Part shown: positions 10,518 through 20,040 of the stretch, one piece after another
How positions within the stretch are numbered: position 1 is the first letter of the stretch
How the letters are laid out: each line of letters starts with the position of its first letter
Origin: Nitrosopumilus sp.
GTDB taxonomy: Archaea; Thermoproteota; Nitrososphaeria; Nitrososphaerales; Nitrosopumilaceae
Direction of reading: 5' to 3'
Assembly (NCBI GenBank): GCA_029250275.1
Contig: JAPFBP010000002.1
Coordinates: forward strand, 23,014-87,013
Length of the DNA: 64,000 bases
The notes under the pieces: model-generated
Seen by the model: only the letters and a program-made list of their open reading frames with translations
The model's database searches: none
What the model was told of the DNA's origin: nothing
Position numbers and translations under genes: made by a program

Positions 10518-11596
10518 TTTATTTTCTCCAATGCTTTTACAAGTTTTAGATTATCTTTGTGAGATTTAACAGCAATTCTAATATGATGATTATTTAATCC
10601 TCTAAAATTTTTACAATCTCTAATCAAAATTTTGTATTCAAGTAATTTCTTTTGTAATTGAGTTGAATCTTTTATTATTTTTACCAAAATAAAATTTGTT
10701 GAAGAATTATTACAATCAAATCCATTTAATTTACTAATTTTATTTGTTAAATAATTTAGTTCTTTTTTAATTACAAAATTTGATTTAATAAGATGTGATT
10801 TATTTTTAAGAGCAGCATTTGCTGCATCTTGAGCTAATGAATTTACACTCCATGGAATTTTTATTTTTTGTAAAATTTTAATAATTTCTTTTGAACCTGC
10901 TGCATACCCAATACGAATTCCTGGTAATGCAAATGATTTGGTCAACGAACGTAAAACAAATAGATTTTTGTACTTTTTAACATACGATATTATTGATTCA
11001 TTGGATTCTGGAACCATTTCTATAAAACATTCATCTACAAATACAATTGTAGATAATTTTTTTGCTTTTCTAATTATTTGTAGTAATTGAGTTTTTAATA
11101 ATAGTTGTCCTGTAGGATTATTTGGATTGCAAATAAATACACACCCGTTTGTTGGGATTTTTGAAATAAAAATATCTAGATTTTCAGATAAATTCATAGT
11201 TTTAAAATATGAAATTTGACATTCATTGAGTTTAGCTACTGTTTCATATTCTTGAAAAGTTGGAATTGGAATCAATACTTTAGTTTTTTTAGATAAAAAT
11301 GCAAAGCAGAAATTATAAAGTATCTCAATTGCCCCATTCCCAACTATAAGATTTGATTTTTCTAAGTTTGTGTATTTTTTTAGGCTTGAAATCACTGTTG
11401 ATGAACTAATGTCTGGATAGTGTTTGATATTTTCAATGTTTTTTTTGAGAATTTTTTTTACAGATAATGGAGTTCCTATAGGAGATACATTTGAACTAAA
11501 ATCAATGATTTGTGAATCAATGCTTTGTGAAGGATTTCTTCCACCATGAACTACAGGTACATGTCTAATAATTGATGATTTTATTTGTATTTTCAC
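10514..11596 (-). CDS. cobD: Threonine-phosphate decarboxylase (PLP class I/II aminotransferase fold)
   Basis: HGG, DFSSNVSP, GNGA.E, CNPNNPTG, DECF, LRSLTKSFALPGIRIGY; first gene of the cob operon. Confidence 0.85.
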   Translation of the reverse strand: MKIQIKSSIIRHVPVVHGGRNPSQSIDSQIIDFSSNVSPIGTPLSVKKILKKNIENIKHYPDISSSTVISSLKKYTNLEKSNLIVGNGAIEILYNFCFAFLSKKTKVLIPIPTFQEYETVAKLNECQISYFKTMNLSENLDIFISKIPTNGCVFICNPNNPTGQLLLKTQLLQIIRKAKKLSTIVFVDECFIEMVPESNESIISYVKKYKNLFVLRSLTKSFALPGIRIGYAAGSKEIIKILQKIKIPWSVNSLAQDAANAALKNKSHLIKSNFVIKKELNYLTNKISKLNGFDCNNSSTNFILVKIIKDSTQLQKKLLEYKILIRDCKNFRGLNNHHIRIAVKSHKDNLKLVKALEKIK

Positions 11597-11655
11597 AGTT
11601 CCAAATAGAATTAGTTGATTTAGTATGTTTTGCTAATCCAGAAAACGATTATTAG

Positions 11656-12756
11656 TTGAAAGCGATCAATAATCAAAATATGAGTAAAAAAAGAGTGGCA
11701 ATAATTGGAGTTACAGGTTCTGTGGGTCAAGAATTTGTTCAATCGTTGAATAACCATCCATGGTTTGAAATTACTCAAATTGCCGCATCTTCACGTTCAG
11801 CAGGAAAAAAATATCAGGACGCAATTAAAGATGCAAATGGAATTATGGCATGGAACGTAGAAGGAGAAATTCCAGAATATATCAAAGAAATGACAGTTAA
11901 ATCAGTTGATGAACTAGATGTATCTCAATTGGATCTTGTATTTTCAGCAGTAGAATCAGAAGCCGCCAGAGATATAGAAACTAAGATGGCAGTAGATTTG
12001 CCAGTTATCTCTACAAGTTCTGCTTATAGATATGAAGATGATGTACCAATACTAATTCCAGGAATTAATGATGAACAAGCAGAATTGCTTGAGATTCAAA
12101 AAAAGAATAGAAATTGGAAAGGTTGGGTAGCACCATTACCAAATTGTACTACAACGGGTTTAGCAATTACATTAAAACCATTACTTGAAAAATATGGAGC
12201 AAAAAAAGTCATGATGACTTCAATGCAAGCAATATCTGGTGGTGGAAAATCAGGTGTCTCAGCAATGGCAATTACTGATAACATTATTCCATATATTCCA
12301 AAAGAAGAAGGCAAAGTAAAATTAGAAACAAGGAAAATTTTAGGCAAGCTAAAAGATGGAAAAATTGAAAATGCAGATATTAGAATTAGTTGTACTTGTA
12401 CCAGAGTTCCTGTGATAGACGGGCATACAGAATCAGTTTTTGTTGAGACTTCAGAAAAAATTGATCCCGCAAAAGCAAAAGAGACCTATGAACAGTATAA
12501 CAAAGATATTTCAGTAGCTGGATTACCATCTGCTCCTGAAAAGTACTATGCATTTCATGAAGATCCAACTAGACCTCAACCAAGAATGGAAAGAAGTGTT
12601 GGAGATGGAATGACTACAACAATTGGAAGGGTGGAAACAGAAGAATTGTTTGATAACGGTTTGAAATACATGTTGTTCTCCCACAATAAAAAAATGGGTT
12701 CAGCAAAAGGAGCAGTTTTGTTAGCAGAGATGTTATACAAAAAAGGCAAGATTTAG
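11656..12756 (+). CDS. asd: Aspartate-semialdehyde dehydrogenase, archaeal type (start likely MSKKRV at 11680)
   Basis: GVTGSVGQ, PNCTT, SGGG, RVPVIDGH, HN..GSAKG. Confidence 0.95.
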   Translation: MKAINNQNMSKKRVAIIGVTGSVGQEFVQSLNNHPWFEITQIAASSRSAGKKYQDAIKDANGIMAWNVEGEIPEYIKEMTVKSVDELDVSQLDLVFSAVESEAARDIETKMAVDLPVISTSSAYRYEDDVPILIPGINDEQAELLEIQKKNRNWKGWVAPLPNCTTTGLAITLKPLLEKYGAKKVMMTSMQAISGGGKSGVSAMAITDNIIPYIPKEEGKVKLETRKILGKLKDGKIENADIRISCTCTRVPVIDGHTESVFVETSEKIDPAKAKETYEQYNKDISVAGLPSAPEKYYAFHEDPTRPQPRMERSVGDGMTTTIGRVETEELFDNGLKYMLFSHNKKMGSAKGAVLLAEMLYKKGKI

Positions 12757-12845
12757 ATAATTTTTTGTAATTTTTACAATAATAACTTTATAAGATCCAG
12801 AAATATATATCGACTCAGGTGTTTTAGACGGCAAAAGTAGATGAT

Positions 12846-13295
12846 TTGGATTTACAGATTTTATCAGAATTATCTAATGATGCCTCAATTTCAGTCCCTC
12901 GTTTATCAAAAAAAATCAATGTTAACTCATCTGTAGTGTATTCAAGAATTAAACGATTAGTTAAGAGAAAACTGATTGAACGTTTTACAATTGTTGTTGA
13001 TGATAAAGAACTTGGATATGCTGTTAAAGCAGTAGCTGGAATTAATATTGATACAAAACAACGAGATCATATTATTGAAGAATTATTTAAAATAGATGGA
13101 GTGAGAGAAGTTGCAGAAGTTACAGGTAGATTTGACATTCTAGTTACAATATATTCAAAATCATTAGATCAAATGCATAAAATGGTCTCTGAAAAAATTG
13201 GTAGAATTGAAGGGATTCAATCCTCTGAATCATTTATTGAAATGAAATCACGAATGAAAGCAATGCCATATATGCCATCAAAGGATAGTAACTGA
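12846..13295 (+). CDS. Lrp/AsnC family transcriptional regulator
   Basis: DLQILSELSND HTH, RIKRL, EVTGRFDIL RAM domain; frame extends upstream to ACG at 12828. Confidence 0.92.
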   Translation: MDLQILSELSNDASISVPRLSKKINVNSSVVYSRIKRLVKRKLIERFTIVVDDKELGYAVKAVAGINIDTKQRDHIIEELFKIDGVREVAEVTGRFDILVTIYSKSLDQMHKMVSEKIGRIEGIQSSESFIEMKSRMKAMPYMPSKDSN

Positions 13296-13297
13296 TA

Positions 13298-14227
13298 TTG
13301 CAAAAGCAAAAATCTGAATCCAGAGTAGCAGTATATTATGAATTAACAAAGCCAAAAATTTGGTATTTACTAGTTTTTACAGCATTTGGTGCAGCACTAA
13401 CAGCTTCCAATATTTACAACATAGAAATATCTCCAGCAACATGGCTTTTGATGTTATTTTCAGTTGCATCTGGTTCAGCTGCTGCAAATACTTTAACCAA
13501 TTATCATGATAGAGATATTGATGCAATTATGGAAAGAACAAAAGATCGACCTTTACCATCAAAAAGAATCTTTCCTGCAGTAAAGGCAAGAAACTTTGGA
13601 TTAATATTAGCAGGCATCTCATTAGTTCTAGCATTTGGAATCTCTTTTACTACCACATTAGAACAAGGAGTATGGGCAACTGCTTTCATAGCATTTGCAT
13701 TAGTAAACAATATTATAATTTACTCATATATTTTAAAACGAAATTCAAGAACTAACATAATTTTAGGTGGATTATGTGGAGGTTCACCACCAATGATTGG
13801 TTGGGTAGCAGTAAGCATGTCAGATTTATGGACAATGGGTCTCGCCATGGCAGGTTTAGTATTCATTTGGATTCCAATGCATATTTGGGCACTTACTTTA
13901 CATTTCAAAGACGATTATAACAAAGTCAATGTTCCAATGTTAACTGCAGTACAATCAGAAAAAACATCTGTAAGAGCTATTGCACTTTCAACAGTTGTAA
14001 TGGTATTATTTTCAATTGCACCATTTTTCATTACAACTCAAAGCGGTGACGAAATGGTTGGAGCAGTATATCTATGGACAGCAATTGCTTCAGGTGCTCT
14101 GATGTTAGGATTATCAATATGGGTTATGATCAAACCAATGGAAAAAGCTGCCTGGACATTATTTAAATTCTCTAGCCCATACTTGGCAGTATTATTTATT
14201 GCACTAATGGTAGATTCTGCATTATAA
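13298..14227 (+). CDS. cyoE: Heme o synthase (protoheme IX farnesyltransferase)
   Basis: ELTKPKI, NYHDRDIDAIMERTKDRPLPS, H.WAL...DDY..VNVPML. Confidence 0.95.
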   Translation: MQKQKSESRVAVYYELTKPKIWYLLVFTAFGAALTASNIYNIEISPATWLLMLFSVASGSAAANTLTNYHDRDIDAIMERTKDRPLPSKRIFPAVKARNFGLILAGISLVLAFGISFTTTLEQGVWATAFIAFALVNNIIIYSYILKRNSRTNIILGGLCGGSPPMIGWVAVSMSDLWTMGLAMAGLVFIWIPMHIWALTLHFKDDYNKVNVPMLTAVQSEKTSVRAIALSTVVMVLFSIAPFFITTQSGDEMVGAVYLWTAIASGALMLGLSIWVMIKPMEKAAWTLFKFSSPYLAVLFIALMVDSAL

Positions 14228-14431
14228 AATACTCCCTTTATCATCTAAACTGTTTAGTTCTTTAGTTATTTTAGAATGATTTTCCACTAGGTTTTTGAGA
14301 TCAGTTTTTAATTCTTCAGAGTTCCATTCAGATGAAATTAGAGATGTTAATTTTGCAACAATTCGCCACTGGATATTATTTTGATCATCTATTAATTTTA
14401 AAAATTGTTTTCCTTTTTCTTCATCATCCAT
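14222..14431 (-). CDS. Small hypothetical protein (helical)
   Basis: 69-aa ORF with ATG start and normal composition, convergent with cyoE. Confidence 0.7.
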   Translation of the reverse strand: MDDEEKGKQFLKLIDDQNNIQWRIVAKLTSLISSEWNSEELKTDLKNLVENHSKITKELNSLDDKGSIL

Positions 14432-14521
14432 AATTTTTTGGCATTATGCAATCATAAAAAGTTAGCATGGGTAATTATATAATTTCAAAGTTTTATTAGT
14501 AAATAACATGTATTTTTTCTA

Positions 14522-14677
14522 ATGCAGTGTAGTATTTCAGAATGTAAAGAAAAAGCAATAGAAACTGTACAAATCAGTTTTAAGGAGACAAGGAATCTAT
14601 GCAAAGAACATTTCAGATTATTTAAAAACAAAGATAAAAAACACAATCCAACATTTTCTAAGGCATCAGATTTTTAG
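14522..14677 (+). CDS. 51-aa Cys/His microprotein (C-x4-C ... C-x2-H), not in ORF track
   Basis: Manually translated: MQCSISECKEKAIETVQISFKETRNLCKEHFRLFKNKDKKHNPTFSKASDF. Confidence 0.7.
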   Translation: MQCSISECKEKAIETVQISFKETRNLCKEHFRLFKNKDKKHNPTFSKASDF

Positions 14678-14745
14678 CACCCTCAAATATTTTCACATAA
14701 TAAAATTATTGAAAGATTTAACATCTACTATTTTTAAAATAGATC

Positions 14746-15216
14746 ATGGTAGCCAAGAGGAAAAGTGTACCTAAAAAGACAGTGAAAAAAACTGCTTCTA
14801 AGCCTAAAAAACAAGTTACAAATTCATCAAAAAAATCAGAATTTGAAAAAGCTTGGAATGACTACAATTCTGCTTTGAGTGGTTGGAAAGATTCTCTTAC
14901 ACAATGGCAAAAAGCTACTAATGAAACTTTAATGACATATCATGATGCATGTCAAAAAGCATTAGAATCAGATGCAGAATTATTAAAAAAAGTTAGTTCA
15001 AGTTGGGAAAATACTTGGGAAGAGATTGGTCCTGAATACATTAAACAACAAACAAAGATGGTAGAAAATATCTTTAAAGAAACCAACATAGAATCAATTA
15101 AGAAATTCAATGGACAATGGGAAAAATTTCTAAAGACTTCTGGAGATGATTCAATAACAGCATATCAAGAAGCTATCAAAAATTTCAATCAGGTATGGCA
15201 ATCAGGTCAAATGTGA
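14746..15216 (+). CDS. Hypothetical protein: Lys-rich N-tail plus Trp-rich amphipathic helical body (phasin-like)
   Basis: MVAKRKSVPKKTVKKTASKPKK followed by helices with periodic W/Y/F. Confidence 0.75.
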   Translation: MVAKRKSVPKKTVKKTASKPKKQVTNSSKKSEFEKAWNDYNSALSGWKDSLTQWQKATNETLMTYHDACQKALESDAELLKKVSSSWENTWEEIGPEYIKQQTKMVENIFKETNIESIKKFNGQWEKFLKTSGDDSITAYQEAIKNFNQVWQSGQM

Positions 15217-15243
15217 TTATTAACAATATCACATAACAAAATT

Positions 15244-15530
15244 TTATTTTTTCATTTTAACTATTCTGAAAACTTTGCAATCACATACTGAGTAAATTCC
15301 TTCAATCGTAAATTGACCGTTTTTCATAATAGTTTTTTCTAGATTTTTGATAGGCCTTTTTGTCTTACACCTGACACAATAAGCTTCTTGTAAAGAATGT
15401 TAGGAAGTTTTAATTTTGATATTATCTGAATTGTGAAGTTTATTTTCTATCTTATCAAGTTTTTTGTTTTATTTTTGTAATGTTTGAATTATTTTATGTC
15501 CAACATCTACTGTCTCTAGTTTTTTATTAC
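15244..15530 (-). pseudogene. Disrupted DUF5679-like zinc-ribbon protein gene
   Basis: Minus frame reads ...GHKIIQTLQK*NKKLDKIENKLHNSDNIKIKTS*HSLQEAYCVRCKTKRPIKNLEKTIMKNGQFTIEGIYSVCDCKVFRIVKMKK; two in-frame stops; 5' end approximate. Confidence 0.7.
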
Positions 15531-15684
15531 AAAAAATAATGATTAGTTTCTACTAATTAAGCAATAATTTTTACAGTATCAAATATGAGATAATAAAAAT
15601 TCCATAATACTAGTAAATGCAGAAAAATATTTGAAAATAGGCATAAAAAATAGGGTTATAATCAGCACAATGCAACTGAAATAA

Positions 15685-16068
15685 ATGGAAATTGTGATTG
15701 AACCATGGAAAAAATTGATTATTCATGAAGTAATTGAATACAAGTTTGAGGATTGGGTAAAACAAATAGCTTTTAGCACACGTTCATCAGGAGGTGGAAT
15801 TCCCACTATGCAATGGACAAATGGAATAGTTTTCTCTCCAGCAAATTTCCCTACAACAAATTCTACAGTTGATGAACAATTGAAAGGTACATTGCATTGG
15901 TCATCAGTATCATTTGCAATTAAAGAGAAATTTGAAAAACAGATTGTCAAAGAGAATGCAACAATAAATTTAGTTGATGTTAGTGTTAATAAAATTTTTA
16001 AAGAATTAGCTACTAGTTTAAAATTACAATCTAAATATGCTAATTCAGAATCTAGTACAACCCAATGA
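15685..16068 (+). CDS. Conserved thaumarchaeal hypothetical protein
   Basis: 127-aa ORF, EPWKKLIIHEVIEY, preceded by a TATA-like ttataa. Confidence 0.8.
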   Translation: MEIVIEPWKKLIIHEVIEYKFEDWVKQIAFSTRSSGGGIPTMQWTNGIVFSPANFPTTNSTVDEQLKGTLHWSSVSFAIKEKFEKQIVKENATINLVDVSVNKIFKELATSLKLQSKYANSESSTTQ

Positions 16069-16746
16069 ATATTAGAGAAACAATAAAAAAATATGAAATT
16101 TCTTTAAAACAAATTAAACAATATGATTCTGATCATTTTATGTAAATTATTTTTTTGATCAATACATTAGTTTAAGAAATAATATAATTATATGAATTTT
16201 TGAAGAAGCTGACAGAAATTTTAGATTATTTTTAACTGAACCAATAACTGAAGAAACCTTTCATCAAAAATCAAAATTAAAGAATGATGAAAATGTAATT
16301 AAATTTTCAAAATGGTTTAGAACAAAATACACTAAAGAACAAAATAATCTATATCCAAATTTTATGAATGACATATGTAATTTTAAAAATAAATTTAAAA
16401 AATTACCTGATGTTAAAATTATGATTAGAGCATTCGATAGATACACAGATGACATTAATCAAGAAATTAAAATTTCTTTAAGTAATAAAAAATTACGTTC
16501 TAAGGATGAATTAGAAATTGAAATAAAAAGATAATTACCAATATTTTTAAAAATTATTAATCATAAAAGACGGGAAAAAAATGAGCCTAAAGTTGAAGAA
16601 AATCAGGTTATAGCATCTACATTTTTGGATAGTGAAAATGATGAAAATATTGAAATTGTTTACGCTGCTGAAATTTACTTCCAGTAATGAAACGATTAGT
16701 GAAAGAATCAAGGAAAAAAATTAAAGAATTGACTAGAAATAATTAA
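16065..16746 (+). pseudogene. Disrupted hypothetical protein gene (~225 codons)
   Basis: ATG overlaps the upstream TGA (ATGA). Protein-like text MNIRETIKKYEISLKQIKQYDSDHF / YVNYFFDQ..*IFEEADRNFRLF...EIEIKR*LPIFLKII...AAEIY / LPVMKRLVKESRKK has 2 frameshifts and 2 stops. Confidence 0.75.
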
Positions 16747-16755
16747 GAATTTAAT

Positions 16756-17418
16756 CTATAATTTAAAAATTGAATTTTCTGATTTAATTTTGACTATTGA
16801 TAAATATGAATAGCCATGATCAAAATTATCAGAAAATTCTAGATCTTGGCCTTGATTTCATTGATATTTAACAAAATGCTTAGTAGGCTCTGAATCTAAT
16901 TCAATGTAATTGAAATTATAGTATACTTTATCCATTACTAGAGAAGTAATGTATCCCATTACCCAAGATTTTTTGTGAGGTAATGCATAAAATATAAGAT
17001 TTTGTTTTTCTGGAAATTCTGGATCATTTGTTAATCGAGCTAAACTTCCTAAGTCTTTTACCGGGATGGGATGAAATTAATCAGATATTTTCTTTGATTT
17101 CACACGTAAAGATGAAATTTTAGATTCCATATGAATAATAGGAGCATAAAGAGAATTGATTTTTGTAGATTCGACAACATTACAAATTTCTTTTCCAGAA
17201 TTAATTTGATATGAAACATATCTTCCGGATTTCTGCACTGGTACATAAAAAATCAACAATGTATTTACAAGGATTAAACCACTTGAGATAATTCTAGTAC
17301 CATCTAGTTCTTGAGAATAAACTCGCTTAGGATACGCTTGTAATGAACATGTAAATCTTGCTAAATCATCAAAACTAGATAATTCTACATAGCATTCATT
17401 CTGAGTAATTGACACCAA
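16756..17418 (-). pseudogene. Disrupted hypothetical protein gene (ORF 17077..17418 is its 5' half)
   Basis: Same frame continues past TAA at 17077: FHPIPVKDLGSLARLTNDPEF...KYQ*NQGQDLEFSDNFDHGYSYLSIVKIKSENSIFKL*; two internal stops. Confidence 0.8.
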
Positions 17419-17441
17419 AAAATTGTAAATGAATCATGGTT

Positions 17442-17690
17442 TTATTCTTTCCATATTTGGATAATCTTTTGTTTAGAATTTTTTCTATCAAAATATTCCA
17501 TGATAAAATGAAAAATGATTAGTTTGCTAAAAACAATCATGGAAATAAAAGATAGCACATGTTCTTCTAAATGAAACAAATATCCTGTAACGCTTATTGC
17601 AGTCATAATTTCTATTGCAATCATAATTTCTATTGCAGTCATAATTTCTATTACAATACATGTACAAAAAAAGAGAAATTTTTCTCTCAA
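17442..17690 (-). CDS. Small membrane protein with a tandem AIEIM(T/I) repeat
   Basis: Two hydrophobic segments; start uncertain. Confidence 0.45.
   Translation of the reverse strand: MREKFLFFCTCIVIEIMTAIEIMIAIEIMTAISVTGYLFHLEEHVLSFISMIVFSKLIIFHFIMEYFDRKNSKQKIIQIWKE
17596..17649. repeat. 3 x 18-nt tandem repeat (attgca[g/a]tcataatttct)
   Basis: Read directly from sequence. Confidence 0.9.
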
Positions 17691-17702
17691 TTCAACAATT
17701 TA

Positions 17703-18113
17703 TTAGGATTTTGGCCACATTGAAGTCCAAGTTTCAGCAAATTTTTTCATCATTTCGCCGTAAACATTCATCTGTTCTAAACCAGATGAGCTTAGAGTTT
17801 TTTGCCATTGTTCAGCAAATTGTTTGAAAGTGGATGCATTAGTATCATTAAGAGCCTTTTGCCAATTTTCACTAAATTCTTTGAAAGAATTCATTCCAAC
17901 ATCATTAAGAGATTTTTGCCAATTTTCTCCAAATAATTTCATGGTTTCAGCGCTTGATTCAACATTTGCTTTATCCCAAACACCATTGAATTTTGATTGC
18001 ATGTCTTTACTTGCATTTTGAATTTGCTCAAAAAGAGATTTCCAATTTTCAAGAGATTTTGTATATTCTTGCCATAATGAATCCCATTCATTATTTTTTG
18101 TTTGATCTGACAT
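17703..18113 (-). CDS. Hypothetical Trp-rich amphipathic protein with three 19-aa repeats (phasin/apolipoprotein-like)
   Basis: KLFGENWQKSLNDVGMNSF / KEFSENWQKALNDTNASTF / KQFAEQWQKTLSSSGLEQM. Confidence 0.75.
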   Translation of the reverse strand: MSDQTKNNEWDSLWQEYTKSLENWKSLFEQIQNASKDMQSKFNGVWDKANVESSAETMKLFGENWQKSLNDVGMNSFKEFSENWQKALNDTNASTFKQFAEQWQKTLSSSGLEQMNVYGEMMKKFAETWTSMWPKS

Positions 18114-18165
18114 TAATTAAAGAAAGTTTTCATTATTCTTAAGTGGATCTGTTAAATCAGAGAAG

Positions 18166-18654
18166 TTATTTTTGGCGATTTTTTAATCTTGTATCCATTC
18201 GAATTTTGCCTTCTTCAAATTTTCTTCGGTCATCATCTGTTTTTAAAGCTAATTTGGGAACGGGTGTAGGTTTTCCATTTTTATCAAGAGATACAAATGT
18301 TACAAAAGCAGATCCAGTAACAGTTCTAATTCCAGTTACAATATCTTCAGCTTCGGCTTTAACTTCTATTTCCATTGATGAATTATGAACATAATTTATC
18401 CTAGCATTTAATGAAAGAACATTTCCAACAAAAACAGGTTTCAAAAAATTTACACTATCCATAGAGATAGTAACTGCATTTGATTGACTATGACGTTGAG
18501 CAACAATTCCTGCCACCATATCAATATGTTTTAAAATTTCACCTCCAAAAACATTTCCTGCTGGATTTGCATCAGAAGGGAACATTCGAACAATTACTTC
18601 AGCATGAGACTCTGAAGGGCTTTTTTCTCGCATATTGGAACTTTCTGATGACAT
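18166..18654 (-). CDS. Acyl-CoA thioesterase (hotdog fold, YciA-like)
   Basis: MFPSDANPAGNVFGGEILKHID, FLKPVFVG, GSAFVTFVSLD. Confidence 0.93.
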   Translation of the reverse strand: MSSESSNMREKSPSESHAEVIVRMFPSDANPAGNVFGGEILKHIDMVAGIVAQRHSQSNAVTISMDSVNFLKPVFVGNVLSLNARINYVHNSSMEIEVKAEAEDIVTGIRTVTGSAFVTFVSLDKNGKPTPVPKLALKTDDDRRKFEEGKIRMDTRLKNRQK

Positions 18655-18702
18655 TTTTTATCTAATTATCATTCTCAATTTAATTGAATCAGTTGATTTT
18701 GA

Positions 18703-20040
18703 TTATTTGAAATATTTTTCGAGTTTAATTTTATCAATTTTTGGGATTTTGGCTAACTCAAATCCTTCTGGACGTTTGGAAAAAGACCTAGTTGCATCAA
18801 TGCCCATTTTAGCAGTTTGTAATTTTTGTTGATCACTTGATGGATCCAAGCTAGAGCCACGAACATTTTTAATAATAACTAAATCTTTATCAGCTTGAAA
18901 CCTTGTGGCCATAGCATATTCTACGGATTCAGCATTATTAGGATCAATGTCTTCATCAACTACGGTCACTTGTTTCAATGAACGATGAGACTCGAATGTT
19001 TTTTGAATAATTTTTTTAGGATCTGAATCATTTTTCTTTTTAATTTGTACTACTGCATGTAACCAGTTACATCCACCATTAGTCATTGAGACTTGTTTGG
19101 TTTGAGAAAATGATTTTTTCAATTCTCCATTTAATTTTGATTCAATGGGCATTCCCATCAATAATCTATGTTCTGAATATCCAGCTAAGACATCATGAAA
19201 AATTGGATTGTTTCTAAAATATAGATTTTCAAGCTCAAAAACAGGTTGTGATCTTTTATGATCATATGTCTGAAGCATTTCAACCATCCATTCTGGATGA
19301 GTTTGATCACGAAGGATTTTTCCTTCCATTACAATTTCTGAACCAGATGGTACATTCAATCCCGAAAATGGTAATTTTGCTAAAGTTAATTTTCCACCAA
19401 GAAGAGAATTGGCAATATCAATCTCATCTTTCCCCCAGTCGGCTTGATATGCACCAGCAATTAAAATTGCAGGATGAACACCTACCGTAATAGCAATTTT
19501 GAGATCTTCATCATGTTCTTTTGCATCTATGAAACACCTGTGAAGATGTCGCCCTTCAACCATTCTTATTGAAAAATGAGTTTTATCAATTGGCATTAAT
19601 CTATGAAAAGAAGAATTCTGTTTTCCAGTTTCAGGATTTTTTGCATATGCAATTGATGATGTGATAAAAGGGCCTGATTCTTTTTCAAAATGAGTCACAA
19701 TAGGCATAGAAAGAAGGTTTTTTGACTTGTTTTCCATAAATTTCCCTGAAGAAATTATCTTGGGTTTTTTAGCTTTTTTAATCGCTGAAATTACTTTTTC
19801 ATGTATATTAGATTCGGAGCCACCAACAGCTACACCAAATCGTTTTCGAGTTCCAACTAAATTAGAAATTAATCTAAAATTACTTTCTTTAATTTTTTCA
19901 AATAATATAGCATGAGACCCGTCAACCTTTGCTGTGATTCCTGCAATTTCATATTTTGTTGAAACAGTAGATTTTACCGTTTTGAGTTCGTTAATTTTTT
20001 TAATTTGTGAAATGTAACTTCTTAAATCACTCATTCTCAA
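18703..20040 (-). CDS. UbiD family (prFMN-dependent) decarboxylase
   Basis: NSSFHRL, EIVMEG, EWMVEMLQTYD, VVDEDIDP, EYAMATRFQ, KMGIDAT. Confidence 0.92.
   Translation of the reverse strand: MRMSDLRSYISQIKKINELKTVKSTVSTKYEIAGITAKVDGSHAILFEKIKESNFRLISNLVGTRKRFGVAVGGSESNIHEKVISAIKKAKKPKIISSGKFMENKSKNLLSMPIVTHFEKESGPFITSSIAYAKNPETGKQNSSFHRLMPIDKTHFSIRMVEGRHLHRCFIDAKEHDEDLKIAITVGVHPAILIAGAYQADWGKDEIDIANSLLGGKLTLAKLPFSGLNVPSGSEIVMEGKILRDQTHPEWMVEMLQTYDHKRSQPVFELENLYFRNNPIFHDVLAGYSEHRLLMGMPIESKLNGELKKSFSQTKQVSMTNGGCNWLHAVVQIKKKNDSDPKKIIQKTFESHRSLKQVTVVDEDIDPNNAESVEYAMATRFQADKDLVIIKNVRGSSLDPSSDQQKLQTAKMGIDATRSFSKRPEGFELAKIPKIDKIKLEKYFK

Noticed and set aside
10514-11596. Histidinol-phosphate aminotransferase (hisC)
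   Set aside because: Same fold, but its position at the head of the cobQ-cbiB-cobS-cobY operon and the N-terminal HGG favour CobD.
16264-16455. 63-aa minus-strand ORF
   Set aside because: Antisense to the plus-strand pseudogene 16065-16746.
17077-17418. Intact 113-aa gene
   Set aside because: The same frame continues with protein-like sequence for ~105 more codons past the stop, so it is treated as a pseudogene.
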